Source of the DNA: Elusimicrobiota bacterium
GTDB lineage: Bacteria; Elusimicrobiota; Endomicrobiia; Endomicrobiales; JBDRNC01
DNA: 64,000 nucleotides
Assembly (NCBI GenBank): GCA_043811535.1
Contig: JBDRNC010000020.1
Coordinates: forward strand, 1 to 64,000
Direction: 5' to 3'
Below the pieces are notes generated by a model. It saw only the letters and a program-made list of their open reading frames with translations. It was not told the origin of the DNA and did not search any database. Of this stretch, positions 20,923-31,552 are shown piece after piece (the first letter of the stretch is position 1; each line of letters opens with the position of its first letter). The translations under genes were made by a program, and so were the position numbers.

Positions 20923-21555
20923 ATGTTTAAGAAATTCTTTTGCAGGGAAACTGAGTTTGAAAAGTACATGTACGCCTACGCGGACAATATCGAAAAAGCG
21001 GGATGCACTTTCGCGGATTTCCTAAATGATTTTGACCCGGCAAAGATTAACCAGTGGGTTGAAAAAATGAATCAAATAGAACACGACCTTGACGATATCA
21101 CGCACCAGACGATGAACTGGCTTGAAAGCACGTTCATCGTCAATTATGACCGTGAAGACATACACCGGCTCGCGTCAGACCTTGACGATATCGTTGACAA
21201 CATGGACGGCGCGGCGGTTAGGATATCTCTTTACAACGTAAATAAACTCATACCTGAAGTTGTCAAGCTGGCGAATGAACTTAAATGCGCCTCGGCTGAG
21301 GTCGCAAAGGCAGTGCGGTCGATTACAAAGGATAAGCTTGACCGCAAAGTGCTGGACATATGCAAGGAAATCAAGAGCCACGAAGAAAAAGGCGATAAGA
21401 TCTATCACAATGTCCTCGCCTCGTTGTTTAAAGACGGCAATGACCCCCTGCATGTGATAAAATTCAAGGAAATTGTTGAAGCCATCGAGCGCTCGCTTGA
21501 CAAGTGCAACCAGTCAGCGATGAATGTAGAGTCGATAATATTCAAGTACAGTTAA
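20923..21555 (+). CDS. DUF47/PhoU-like phosphate transport regulator
   Basis: IEHDLD..TH, DREDIHRLASDLDDIVD, EEKGDKIY; adjacent to pit. Confidence 0.88.
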   Translation: MFKKFFCRETEFEKYMYAYADNIEKAGCTFADFLNDFDPAKINQWVEKMNQIEHDLDDITHQTMNWLESTFIVNYDREDIHRLASDLDDIVDNMDGAAVRISLYNVNKLIPEVVKLANELKCASAEVAKAVRSITKDKLDRKVLDICKEIKSHEEKGDKIYHNVLASLFKDGNDPLHVIKFKEIVEAIERSLDKCNQSAMNVESIIFKYS

Positions 21556-21592
21556 TGAATAAATTGCTAATTGATAATTGTTAATTGAAATA

Positions 21593-22627
21593 ATGGATAT
21601 ATTAATCTTAGGCATTCCGTTGCTGTTCTGGATAGTGATAATCACCGCGCTTGCGTTTGATTTCGCAAACGGCTGGCATGATACGGCAAACGCCGTTGCT
21701 ACCGCGATTTCTACCAGAGTATTGAGGCCGTCTACGGCGATAATGATGTCGGCTGTGCTTAATTTCATAGGCGCGCTTCTAAGCACGAAGGTCGCGAAAA
21801 CCGTGGGCGGCGGCATAGTAAATCCGGCCGTGATGCAGAATATCTCCGGGGAATATATTATTCTTGCGGCTCTTCTCGGCGCGATCATCTGGGAAATATA
21901 TACCGTTTTGAAAGGGCTTCCTGTTTCGGGCTCGCACGCGCTGATTGGAGGTTTGATAGGAGCGGCGGTGGCCGTGCACGGGGTAAGCGTGGTTGTCGCG
22001 TCCGGAGTGATGAAAGTCTTGCTTGCTATGCTTATATCCCCGGTATTAGGTCTGATATTGGGGTATGTGGTTCTAAAAATAAGTTATTTCTTCGCTTCTA
22101 AAATCAAGCCCAGCAGGGTCCAAAAGATATTCGCAACATTGCAGATAGGCACATCGGGCCTCATGTCGCTTATGCACGGCCAGAACGACGCGCAGAAAGT
22201 AATGGGTGTAATAACACTGCTCCTTTTTGTGGGCGGCTATTTCGGCGCGGTTAGTTTCAGCACAGTGCACGTTCCAGTGTGGGTTATGCTCATGTGCGCC
22301 ACGGCGATGGCTTTCGGCACGGCGGCGGGCGGGCGGGCGGTTATTAAGACCCTCGGGAAGAAGCTGTCCCATCTGCGGCCGATAGAAGGCGCTTCGGCCG
22401 AAGGCTCGGCTTCAATCGTTTTAGAAGTTGCCGCTGCGATGGGCGTGCCGGTCAGCACGACGCACACAATTACGGGCTGTATCGTAGGGGTAGGCACGGC
22501 CAAGAGAATGAAAGCCGTTAAATGGGCCACGGGACTGAAGATTATCTACGCGTGGATATTCACTTTGCCGATAACGGCGCTTATAAGCGGGATTCTTTCG
22601 AAGTTATTTTTATTAATGACAAAATGA
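21593..22627 (+). CDS. pit: Inorganic phosphate transporter, PiT family
   Basis: FDFANGWHDTANAVAT, GLPVSGSHALIGG, HGQNDAQK, PVSTTH. Confidence 0.93.
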   Translation: MDILILGIPLLFWIVIITALAFDFANGWHDTANAVATAISTRVLRPSTAIMMSAVLNFIGALLSTKVAKTVGGGIVNPAVMQNISGEYIILAALLGAIIWEIYTVLKGLPVSGSHALIGGLIGAAVAVHGVSVVVASGVMKVLLAMLISPVLGLILGYVVLKISYFFASKIKPSRVQKIFATLQIGTSGLMSLMHGQNDAQKVMGVITLLLFVGGYFGAVSFSTVHVPVWVMLMCATAMAFGTAAGGRAVIKTLGKKLSHLRPIEGASAEGSASIVLEVAAAMGVPVSTTHTITGCIVGVGTAKRMKAVKWATGLKIIYAWIFTLPITALISGILSKLFLLMTK

Positions 22628-22642
22628 GGATGGGGATTTTCA

Positions 22643-23533
22643 ATGAATGGCGCCCTGCAAAATGAAAAAATAGACCTGCCTTTGCTTCACCGCGGGAAGG
22701 TACGCGACGTTTACGGCATGGGACAGCAGCTGCTCATCGTTGCGAGCGACCGCATATCCGCCTTTGATTTCGTGCTTCCTACGATGATACCGGACAAGGG
22801 AAAGGTTCTTCACCAGCTTTCCATGTTCTGGTTTGACCTCATCCAGAGCATAGTTCCCAATCATCTGATAACGGGTGATTTTGAACAGTTCCCGACAAAA
22901 TTAAAGCAGTACCCGTACCTTAAACAGCGGACAATGCTTGTTAAAAAAACCAAAAGAGTGGATGTTGAGTGCATAGTCCGCGGGTACCTGTCGGGTTCGG
23001 GCTGGAAAGAGTATAATAAATCAGGGGCCATTTGCGGCATCAAACTGCCGAACGGAATGAGGGAATCATCTAAGTTCTCCGAGCCGATATTCACCCCGAC
23101 AAGCAAAGAAGAGGGCGGAAAGCACGACGAGAACATTACTTTCGAAGAGATGTCGGACAGGATAGGAAAGGACATCGCCGCGAAAATAAGGGACGCGTCG
23201 GTCGCGGTATATAAGAAAGCGTCGGGATACGCGGAAACAAGGGGAATAATTATTGCAGATACCAAGTTCGAGTTCGGGATGCTTGATGACAAACTTATAC
23301 TCATAGACGAGATCCTGACGCCGGATTCATCGCGGTTCTGGGAAAAGAGCAAGTACGAAGAAGGCCGGCCCCAGGATAGTTTAGACAAGCAGTATGTCAG
23401 GGACTTTCTTGAATCGATCAAATGGGATAAGCAGCCCCCGGTCCCGGGCCTTCCGGAAGATGTCGTTGCCAAAACGCGCGAGAAATATGTCGACGCGCAT
23501 AAGAAGATAACGGGGAAAGATTTACTGATATAA
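22643..23533 (+). CDS. purC: SAICAR synthetase
   Basis: RGKVRDVY, SDRISAFD, IADTKFEFG, DEILTPDSSRFW. Confidence 0.97.
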   Translation: MNGALQNEKIDLPLLHRGKVRDVYGMGQQLLIVASDRISAFDFVLPTMIPDKGKVLHQLSMFWFDLIQSIVPNHLITGDFEQFPTKLKQYPYLKQRTMLVKKTKRVDVECIVRGYLSGSGWKEYNKSGAICGIKLPNGMRESSKFSEPIFTPTSKEEGGKHDENITFEEMSDRIGKDIAAKIRDASVAVYKKASGYAETRGIIIADTKFEFGMLDDKLILIDEILTPDSSRFWEKSKYEEGRPQDSLDKQYVRDFLESIKWDKQPPVPGLPEDVVAKTREKYVDAHKKITGKDLLI

Positions 23534-23605
23534 TTACAAATTACAGATTACACATTGAAAGACTCAAGGGCAGTTAATTTGTAATTTGGAATTTGTAATC
23601 TGTAA
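23533..23605. repeat. Heptamer-arm hairpin element (TTACARA)n-core-(TYTGTAA)n
   Basis: Core TTGAAAGACTCAAGGGCAGTTAA; related copies at 26659-26730 and, inverted, at 34549-34626. Confidence 0.75.
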
Positions 23606-23618
23606 TAAGGTTAAATAT

Positions 23619-24089
23619 ATGATCTATCAAATCGAAGCCGTAAACAAGAAGGGGCATCCCGACCAGCACGGAAAGCATATCCTGCAGGATATCAGGGAGT
23701 CCGGGATAAAAGGCGTCAATAAAGTCGCCTATTCGCAGGTCTATCAGATAGAGGGACACTTGAATCTGAGAGAAGTGGATTTGATTGCCCGCGAACTGCT
23801 CATAGACTCGGTTACGCAGACCTATTCGCTGTGCAATCCGATGAACCCCAGGCACAGCGGCGTTACCGGCGGGCACGAGATAGAGATTTGGTACAGGCAC
23901 GGCGTGACCGATACCGTCGCCGAAAGCGTGATAAAAGCGGTTCAGGACCTTGGAATGAGCAGGCACATAAAGGTAAGGACCGGGCAGAAATATCTTTTTG
24001 AGACCTCGCTGTCAAAGGGCGCGATTGAGCAGGTAGTCAAGAGATTGATAGTCAACACGCTCATACAGGAATATAAGAAAATAAAGTAA
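23619..24089 (+). CDS. purS: PurS-like subunit of FGAM synthase with two tandem PurS domains
   Basis: Two ~75-aa repeats (..KKGHPDQHG..LLIDSVTQTY / ..RHGVTDTVAESV..LIVNTLIQEY); lies between purC and purL. Confidence 0.78.
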   Translation: MIYQIEAVNKKGHPDQHGKHILQDIRESGIKGVNKVAYSQVYQIEGHLNLREVDLIARELLIDSVTQTYSLCNPMNPRHSGVTGGHEIEIWYRHGVTDTVAESVIKAVQDLGMSRHIKVRTGQKYLFETSLSKGAIEQVVKRLIVNTLIQEYKKIK

Positions 24090-24213
24090 ACGCAGATTAG
24101 CGCAGATATATTCACGGATTATCGCAGAAACAGAGACGCAAATTATCGCAGACAAAGGCGTATCTGCGGAAATCAGCGGTTAAAAAATCAGTTTAATCTG
24201 CGCTTAAAAGAAT

Positions 24214-26652
24214 ATGAGACCTGTAAACATAAAAAACGTTGAGATTATCGGGTTGCCGGATGAAAAACTCATTGCTTTGAGTAAGGATAACGTGCTGTCC
24301 CTGTCCCTGCTTGAGATGAAAATCATTCAGAAATATTTCAAGGGACAGGGCCGCAACCCCACGGACGCCGAGCTTGAGACGATAGCCCAGACGTGGAGCG
24401 AACACTGCAAGCATAAAACACTGACAGGTGTCATAAAATATACAGAGACTGAAGACGGAAGACTGAAGACGGAAGAATACCAAAACCTTCTCAAAGAGAC
24501 GATATTCAAGGCGACGAAGGAACTTAAGAAAAAATGGTGCATATCGGTTTTTGAAGACAATGCAGGCGTCATTGAATTCAATAAGGATTACGGGATAGCA
24601 TTCAAGGTAGAAACTCATAACCATCCCTCCGCGCTGGAGCCGTACGGAGGGGCCGCTACCGGCATAGGCGGCGTAATAAGGGATATTCTAGGAGTCGGGC
24701 TCGGTGCCAAACCCGTTGCCAACACGGATGTTTTCTGTTTCGGGCCGCCGGAACTTGAGTGGGATGACCTGCCTGACGGGATGCTGCATCCGAAACGCAT
24801 CGCGAAGGGCGTGGTATCCGGAGTGCGCGATTACGGCAACAGGATGGGCATACCCACAGTAAACGGCGCCGTGTATTTTGACGAAGGATATATTTCAAAT
24901 CCCCTTGTGTATTGCGGCACGCTCGGGATGATACCGACGGGCATGGCGTTTAAAAAAGTTAAACCCGGCGACCTTGTGCTTGTCGCAGGCGGACGGACCG
25001 GCAGGGATGGAATTCACGGCGCGACATTTTCGTCCACAAAACTTCACAAACATACAGATGCAACCGCGGTGCAGATAGGCAACCCGATAGTTGAAAAGAA
25101 AGTGCTGGACACGCTGCTTAAGGCGCGCGATATGGGACTTTATCGCGCGGTTACCGATTGCGGCGCAGGAGGTCTTTCAAGCGCTGTCGGCGAACTTGGG
25201 GCTAAGTGCGGCGTGACGGTAAATCTTGAAAAAGTGCCGCTGAAGTACGCGGGACTCGCGCCTTGGGAGATATGGCTCTCGGAAGCGCAGGAGCGGATGG
25301 TTTTCGCGGTTCCAAAGGAACACCGGGACGCCATTATGCAGGTTTTTGAATCAGAAGGAGTGGAAGCGACTTTTATCGGCGAGTTCACAAAAGACAAGAA
25401 ATTGATTGTTCTGTATAAGGAAGACCTTGTGGTCGTGCTGGATATGCAATTCCTGCATGATGGCGTGCCCAGGCCCACGCATGCGGCTTCATGGGAAGTG
25501 AAGAGCCGGACGGCGGCTAAGTTGCCGAAGTCAAAGGATCTCGGTGTTGATCTCAAGCACTTGCTTTCAAGTCTTAATATTTGCTCGCGCGAATGGATAA
25601 TAAGGCAGTATGACCATGAAGTCCAGGGGCAGACGGTAATAAAACCGCTTCAGGGCAGGCAGTCGGGACCCGGCGACGCGGCAGTGATATGGCCGTATAC
25701 ATTCACAAAAGACGGAAGTAGGAAGAAGGAAGCGGGAAGAAAAGGCAACGACAAAGAAACATATAAAGGCATTGTGCTTTCAAACGGGTTGAATCCGGAG
25801 TACGGCAAAATAGACCCTTACTGGATGGCGGCGTCGGCTATCGATGAAGCCCTGCGCAACGCGGTCGCCGTAGGCGCGGATATAGAAAGAACAGCGCTTC
25901 TGGATAATTTCTGCTGGGGAAGCCCGGATAAACCGGAAGTTTTAGGCGGGCTTGTGCGCGCTTCAACTGCATGCTATGAGTTCTCAAAAGCGTTTGAGAC
26001 TCCGTTTATATCGGGCAAGGACAGCCTGCATAACGAGTACATAGTTGACGATAAGGCGTATTCCATTCCTCCGGCCCTGCTTATTTCCGCCGTGGGTATC
26101 ATAACGGATATAAGAAAAGCCGTCAGGATGGATTTTAAGCACGACGGCAGCCTGATCTACGTCATCGGCGCCACGAAGAATGAACTCGGCGGGTCGCAGT
26201 ACCTGAAATTGAAAAAAACCGATGGAGGAGAACTGCCTAAAGTCGACGCGAAAATATCAAGAAAGGCCATGATATCGCTCGGGAAAGCCATGCAAAAAGG
26301 GCTCGTTGCGGCATGCCATGATTGTTCCGAAGGCGGGCTGGGCGTGGCGATAGCAGAGATGTGTTTTGCCGGCGGCAAAGGCGCGACGGTAGAGCTCTCC
26401 GCGGTCACGGCGGATACCGCGATGAGCGACGCGGAAATTCTTTTCTCGGAATCTAACAGCAGGTTTATAGTTGAGGTTGGAGCCAGAAACAGGAGCGAAT
26501 TTGAAAAACTAATGAAAGGCGTCGCTTTTGCAAAGATCGGGGTGGTTGAAGAGAAACCGGCGCTGATAATTAACGGGCAAGAAGGGAAAACAATAATTTC
26601 GGAAAAGACGGATGATTTGCAGGAAGCGTGGAGAAAGACTTTAAATTGGTAA
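24214..26652 (+). CDS. purL: FGAM synthase subunit PurL
   Basis: QTWSEHCKHK, KVETHNHPSA, DCGAGGLSSA, FISGKDSL, HDCSEGG. Confidence 0.97.
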   Translation: MRPVNIKNVEIIGLPDEKLIALSKDNVLSLSLLEMKIIQKYFKGQGRNPTDAELETIAQTWSEHCKHKTLTGVIKYTETEDGRLKTEEYQNLLKETIFKATKELKKKWCISVFEDNAGVIEFNKDYGIAFKVETHNHPSALEPYGGAATGIGGVIRDILGVGLGAKPVANTDVFCFGPPELEWDDLPDGMLHPKRIAKGVVSGVRDYGNRMGIPTVNGAVYFDEGYISNPLVYCGTLGMIPTGMAFKKVKPGDLVLVAGGRTGRDGIHGATFSSTKLHKHTDATAVQIGNPIVEKKVLDTLLKARDMGLYRAVTDCGAGGLSSAVGELGAKCGVTVNLEKVPLKYAGLAPWEIWLSEAQERMVFAVPKEHRDAIMQVFESEGVEATFIGEFTKDKKLIVLYKEDLVVVLDMQFLHDGVPRPTHAASWEVKSRTAAKLPKSKDLGVDLKHLLSSLNICSREWIIRQYDHEVQGQTVIKPLQGRQSGPGDAAVIWPYTFTKDGSRKKEAGRKGNDKETYKGIVLSNGLNPEYGKIDPYWMAASAIDEALRNAVAVGADIERTALLDNFCWGSPDKPEVLGGLVRASTACYEFSKAFETPFISGKDSLHNEYIVDDKAYSIPPALLISAVGIITDIRKAVRMDFKHDGSLIYVIGATKNELGGSQYLKLKKTDGGELPKVDAKISRKAMISLGKAMQKGLVAACHDCSEGGLGVAIAEMCFAGGKGATVELSAVTADTAMSDAEILFSESNSRFIVEVGARNRSEFEKLMKGVAFAKIGVVEEKPALIINGQEGKTIISEKTDDLQEAWRKTLNW

Positions 26653-26737
26653 AGGAAATTACAAATTACAGATTACATATTACAGATTGAAAACTTTTAA
26701 GCAGTTAATTTGGAATTTGTAACCTATAATCAAATAT

Positions 26738-27559
26738 ATGAACAATAAACCTAAAGCGATCATCCTGAGAACAGCAGGGACGAACTGTGATATAGAAACA
26801 CAGGCGGCTTTTGAGCTTGCCGGCGCACACGCTGAAAGGATTCACATTAACAGGCTTATAAAGAAGGAAGTGAAACTTTCCGATTACCAGATACTTGCGA
26901 TACCTGGCGGGTTTTCTTACGGAGATGACATTGCGTCCGGGAAAATACTGGCAAACGAGATAAGGAACAAGCTGGGAGCCGACCTGAAAGAGTTCGCCGA
27001 TAACGGGAAGCCAGTGATTGGCATATGCAACGGGTTTCAGGTCCTTGTGAAAATAGGCCTGCTCCCGGATGAGAAGGAATTTAAGCAGAAAACAACATTG
27101 AGTCATAACAATTCGGACAAATTTGAATGCAGGTGGGTGTATTTAAAGCAGGGTCAAGGTGCAAGGGTCAAGGAAGCGGGAAAGAATAACTGCATATGGA
27201 CAAAACAGCTTCCGGATATCATTGAAATGCCGGTGGCTCACGGGGAAGGCAAGTTCACGGCAATAGACGAAAAAACCCTTCGCCTTATTGAAAAGAATTG
27301 CCAGGTTGTTTTCAGATATTGCGACGATAAAGGGAAGTCCGCGAATTATCCCTGCAATCCGAACGGTTCCGTAAACGATATCGCGGGAATATGCAATCCA
27401 AAAGGCAATATACTCGGGATGATGCCTCATCCGGAACGGTTCATCTACAAATGGCAGCATCCCGGACGTTCCAGCCAGGAAAAGAACAGCGAATATGGAT
27501 GGGGCTTGAAACTCTTCCAGAACGCCGTCAAATACATTACGGAAAATCTCTACGTTTGA
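26738..27559 (+). CDS. purQ: FGAM synthase glutaminase subunit
   Basis: GTNCD, PGGFSYGDD, GICNGFQ, AHGEG, MMPHPER. Confidence 0.97.
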   Translation: MNNKPKAIILRTAGTNCDIETQAAFELAGAHAERIHINRLIKKEVKLSDYQILAIPGGFSYGDDIASGKILANEIRNKLGADLKEFADNGKPVIGICNGFQVLVKIGLLPDEKEFKQKTTLSHNNSDKFECRWVYLKQGQGARVKEAGKNNCIWTKQLPDIIEMPVAHGEGKFTAIDEKTLRLIEKNCQVVFRYCDDKGKSANYPCNPNGSVNDIAGICNPKGNILGMMPHPERFIYKWQHPGRSSQEKNSEYGWGLKLFQNAVKYITENLYV

Positions 27560-27599
27560 TGCCCTGTAATTCAACAGACGCCCGGATAGAAGGATAATT

Positions 27600-28955
27600 A
27601 TGTGCGGTGTGTTCGGAGTATTCAACCAGCCTGAGGCCGCGAAACTAGCTTACCTAGGCCTATACTCGCTGCAGCACAGGGGCCAGGAAAGCGCCGGAAT
27701 AGCTTCTTCCAACGGTGAAAAAATACATTCAATAATCAAGATGGGGCAGGTTGCCGATGTCTTTGACCAACCCAGCCTGGAATCGCTTAAAGGGAATGCC
27801 GCAATAGGCCATGTCAGGTACTCGACCACCGGCGTTAGCCAGTTGAAGAATGCCCAGCCGCTTGTCATTAACTATAAAAAAGGCCAGTTAGCGCTAGCGC
27901 ACAACGGAAATCTCATAAACGCGGGACATTTGCGCGCGAAACTTGAATCAGATGGTTCAATTTTCCAGACAACCTCGGACAGCGAGGTCATACTGCATTT
28001 AATAGCGCGCGCGAACGGGCGCCCCATTGAAAAAGCCCTGGAATACGCCTTGTCTAAAGTAAGAGGCGCATATTCACTGGTGATGATGTCAGAGACGCAG
28101 CTTATTGCGGCGCGCGACCCGTGGGGGGTCAGGCCGCTCGTGCTCGGAAAAATCAAGAAAGGCTGGGTGGTCGCTTCAGAAACCTGCGCTCTTGACCTGA
28201 TAGGAGCGGAATATATCCGCGAGATAGAACCCGGGGAAATGGTCGTAATAGACAAAAAAGGCGCCAGGCCGGTCAAATTCGCCGAAAAAAAACGCGACGC
28301 GGCGATGTGCATATTTGAATATATATATTTTTCGCGTCCTGACAGCATTATTTTCGGAAAGAGCGTGCACGCGGTAAGGCAGCAGCTGGGCAAGCACCTC
28401 GCGCTGGAAAGCATGCCGAAAATAAAAGACGCGGACCTGGTTTTTTCGGTTCCGGATTCCGCGAACAGCGCGGCTATCGGGTTCAGCAGGGCATCCGGCG
28501 TTCCGTTTGAGACCGGGCTCATAAGGAACCATTATGTAGGAAGGACCTTCATCGAGCCTAGCCAGCATATCAGAGATTTCGGCGCGAAAATAAAATATAA
28601 TCCCGTGCGTGATATCCTAAAAGGCAAGGACGTGGTGGTGGTCGATGATTCAATTGTCAGGGGAACGACGAGTCGCAAACTGGTGAAGATGATCCGTTCG
28701 GCGGGAGTCAGGAAAATACACATGGTTGTCAGTTCGCCGCCGATAATAGCTTCGTGTTTTTACGGAATCGACACGCCCACTAAAAAGGAACTCATCGCAT
28801 CCAACTACTCGGTGGAAGGGATAAGGAAGTTTATCGGCGCGGACACGCTGAATTACCTGAGCGTGGAGGGCATGATCGCCGCGACCGGAGCGGCGGGATT
28901 CAAGTTCTGCACGGCATGTTTTACGGATAAGTATAAAATAACAGACAAGTGCTAA
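27600..28955 (+). CDS. purF: Amidophosphoribosyltransferase
   Basis: [30 protein letters not shown]. Confidence 0.98.
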   Translation: MCGVFGVFNQPEAAKLAYLGLYSLQHRGQESAGIASSNGEKIHSIIKMGQVADVFDQPSLESLKGNAAIGHVRYSTTGVSQLKNAQPLVINYKKGQLALAHNGNLINAGHLRAKLESDGSIFQTTSDSEVILHLIARANGRPIEKALEYALSKVRGAYSLVMMSETQLIAARDPWGVRPLVLGKIKKGWVVASETCALDLIGAEYIREIEPGEMVVIDKKGARPVKFAEKKRDAAMCIFEYIYFSRPDSIIFGKSVHAVRQQLGKHLALESMPKIKDADLVFSVPDSANSAAIGFSRASGVPFETGLIRNHYVGRTFIEPSQHIRDFGAKIKYNPVRDILKGKDVVVVDDSIVRGTTSRKLVKMIRSAGVRKIHMVVSSPPIIASCFYGIDTPTKKELIASNYSVEGIRKFIGADTLNYLSVEGMIAATGAAGFKFCTACFTDKYKITDKC

Positions 28956-29036
28956 ATGGCTTAATGGCTGAATTGCTGAAAGGCTTAAAGCCATTTAACC
29001 ATTTAACAATTTAGCAATCAAGCAGGTAAAGTTATT

Positions 29037-30320
29037 ATGAAGATATTAGTAATCGGTTCTGGTGGTCGCGAGCACGCGCTTGTCTGGAAGATCAAGCAGA
29101 GCAAGCTTGTGAAAAAGATTTATTGCGCGCCCGGCAACGCGGGGATGGCGCGGGACGCCGAGTGCGTGGCTCTAAAAACGGATGATTTCGGCGCGATAGC
29201 CGATTTTGTCAATAATAACGGAATAAAAATGACCGTAGTAGGGCCTGAAGCGCCGCTCGCTTCCGGGATAGTTGATTATTTCCGCGCGCAAAAACTGGAA
29301 GTATTCGGGCCTGATAAAAAGGCCGCGCAGTTCGAGGCCAGTAAAGTATTTGCCAAGGATTTTATGCGGAAATACGGCATTCCCACGGCCTTATACAAAA
29401 ATTTCACTGATTTAAGCGTCGCGATGGATACAGTCAATAAGTGGCCCGCGGGGATGAAGATGGTCATCAAAGCGGACGGCCTTGCCGCGGGCAAGGGCGT
29501 GATAATCTGCGAAGACGGAAAAACGGCCGAAGACGCGCTCAGGCAGATAATGCAGGAAAAAGTATTCGGGAACGCCGGCTCAAGAGTCGTCATAGAGGAG
29601 TATCTTGAAGGGGAAGAAGCCTCAGTGCAGGTTTTTACGGACGGGAAAAGTTATTCGCTGATGATTCCCGCGCAGGACCACAAGCGGGTTAACGATAACG
29701 ACGCAGGGCCTAACACAGGCGGCATGGGTGCCTATGCGCCTGCCCCCGTCGCGGACAAAAAACTCCTTGAAAAAGTTGAGCAAAGGATACTGAAACCTTT
29801 CATGAACGGCATCAAGCAGGAAGGAATAGATTACAAAGGTGTTCTTTACATTGGATTGATGATAAATAAGGGCGAGCCTTACGTCCTTGAGTTTAACTGC
29901 AGGTTCGGCGATCCTGAAACCCAGGTGGTGCTCCCGCTTCTCAAGACTGATCTTGTTGAAATAATACGGAAAATCTGCTCAGGAGCATTAGACAAAATAA
30001 AAATAGAATGGTATAATAATACAGCTGTATGCGTTGTTTTAGCTTCCGGGGGCTACCCGGGCGAATACAAAAAAGGCTTGGAAATCAAAGGGTTAAGTGA
30101 AGCTGCGTCCTTGAAAAACGTAACGGTATTCCACGCGGGAACCTCGGCGTCGGAAACAAAGACCGTGACTTCCGGCGGCAGGGTGCTCGGGGTCACGGGA
30201 ACTGGCGGCGGGATAAAGGAAGCCATAGCCAAAGCGTACGAAGCGGTGAATAAGGTCAGTTTTGACGGCATGCACTTCCGTCGCGACATCGGCAAAAAAG
30301 CGCTCAACAAATTGAGTTGA
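29037..30320 (+). CDS. purD: Phosphoribosylamine-glycine ligase
   Basis: GSGGREHAL, KADGLAAGKGV, GPNTGGMG, RFGDPE. Confidence 0.98.
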   Translation: MKILVIGSGGREHALVWKIKQSKLVKKIYCAPGNAGMARDAECVALKTDDFGAIADFVNNNGIKMTVVGPEAPLASGIVDYFRAQKLEVFGPDKKAAQFEASKVFAKDFMRKYGIPTALYKNFTDLSVAMDTVNKWPAGMKMVIKADGLAAGKGVIICEDGKTAEDALRQIMQEKVFGNAGSRVVIEEYLEGEEASVQVFTDGKSYSLMIPAQDHKRVNDNDAGPNTGGMGAYAPAPVADKKLLEKVEQRILKPFMNGIKQEGIDYKGVLYIGLMINKGEPYVLEFNCRFGDPETQVVLPLLKTDLVEIIRKICSGALDKIKIEWYNNTAVCVVLASGGYPGEYKKGLEIKGLSEAASLKNVTVFHAGTSASETKTVTSGGRVLGVTGTGGGIKEAIAKAYEAVNKVSFDGMHFRRDIGKKALNKLS

Positions 30321-30363
30321 TTTTCAACTGGCTCAGAGTACATATAAAGGTGGTAAGTGCAGG

Positions 30364-30900
30364 ATGGCTAAAAACAAGATGCAAGTCGCGATAATAACAG
30401 GTTCAGATTCGGATCTCCCCGTAATATCCTCTTCTGCAAAGATTTTGGAAGAATTCGGCATATCTTATAAGATCACAGTAGCATCCGCGCACAGAACCCC
30501 GAAAAAAGTAAAGAATTACGTAAAAAGCTCCGAAAGAAACGGCGCGGAGGTTTTCATCGCCGCGGCAGGCATGGCCGCAGCGCTCCCCGGCGTTGTGGCT
30601 TCGGAAACGACATTGCCGGTTATCGGCGTGCCGCTTGAGAGCAAGGGTCTCGCAGGGATTGACGCGCTTTTCTCGATAGTTCAGATGCCGCCCGGCATAC
30701 CTGTGGGCACTGTAGCGATAGGGAAAGCGGGCGCAACGAACGCCGGGATTTTCGCGGTGCAGATACTTGCGCTGAAATACCCGAAACTCAAGGCAAAACT
30801 GGCAATATACCGCAGGAATATGGCGAAAACAATAGAAAACAAGGACATCCGTCTTCAAAAAATGGGAATAAAGAGATATATAGAAAAACTGCAGAATTAA
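30364..30900 (+). CDS. purE: N5-CAIR mutase / AIR carboxylase
   Basis: GSDSD, SAHRTP, PVIGVP, SIVQMPPGIPV. Confidence 0.96.
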   Translation: MAKNKMQVAIITGSDSDLPVISSSAKILEEFGISYKITVASAHRTPKKVKNYVKSSERNGAEVFIAAAGMAAALPGVVASETTLPVIGVPLESKGLAGIDALFSIVQMPPGIPVGTVAIGKAGATNAGIFAVQILALKYPKLKAKLAIYRRNMAKTIENKDIRLQKMGIKRYIEKLQN

Positions 30901-30939
30901 TCTGTATAATCTATCAAAGGAATCTGTGTAATCTTCGTT

Positions 30940-31503
30940 ATGGAATATCAAGAAAAGAAAGACATCCTCAATAAAGAAGAGCTTGGTCAGACGATAAAGC
31001 GTCTTGCGCTGGAAATCGTGGAAAAGAATTTCGGTGTGAAGGATCTTGCCATCGTCGGAATACAGACCAGAGGCGTGACGCTGGCTAAAAGGATTCTGGA
31101 CGAGATACTGGGTTCCGCAAAAAATGATGAAGAAAAAGATATTCCTTTCGGCACGCTCGGGATAACGCTTTACAGGGACGATGTAAGCACAATGGAGGCC
31201 CCGCCCGAAGTCAAGGATACGGACATCTCGTTCGATCTCACGGGTAAAAAGATAATACTGATTGACGATGTCATATGCACGGGCAGGACGATACGCGCGG
31301 CGCTGGACGAACTCATGGATTACGGCAGGCCGCAGTCTATACAGCTGGCGGTCGTTGTGGACCGCGGGCACAGGGAACTCCCGATAGAGCCGAATTTCGT
31401 CGGGAAAAAATTCCAGACATCAAAGGAAGAACTCATAGAAGTCGAACTTGAAGAAGTAGACGGCAGGGAAAGAGTTGTATTGAAAGAAAAAAGAAGTTCT
31501 TAG
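30940..31503 (+). CDS. pyrR: PyrR regulator / uracil phosphoribosyltransferase
   Basis: GIQTRG, ITLYRDD, DDV..TGRTIRAA, DRGHRELPI. Confidence 0.95.
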   Translation: MEYQEKKDILNKEELGQTIKRLALEIVEKNFGVKDLAIVGIQTRGVTLAKRILDEILGSAKNDEEKDIPFGTLGITLYRDDVSTMEAPPEVKDTDISFDLTGKKIILIDDVICTGRTIRAALDELMDYGRPQSIQLAVVVDRGHRELPIEPNFVGKKFQTSKEELIEVELEEVDGRERVVLKEKRSS

Positions 31504-31552
31504 TTCGTAGTTCATAGTTCGTGGAAAACGAACTTAAAACAAAGGACTAATA

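Noticed and set aside
30900..30940. PyrR-binding attenuator upstream of pyrR/pyrB
   Set aside because: The spacers are short and filled by tandem repeats; no AGUCCAGAGAGGC-like loop or terminator was seen
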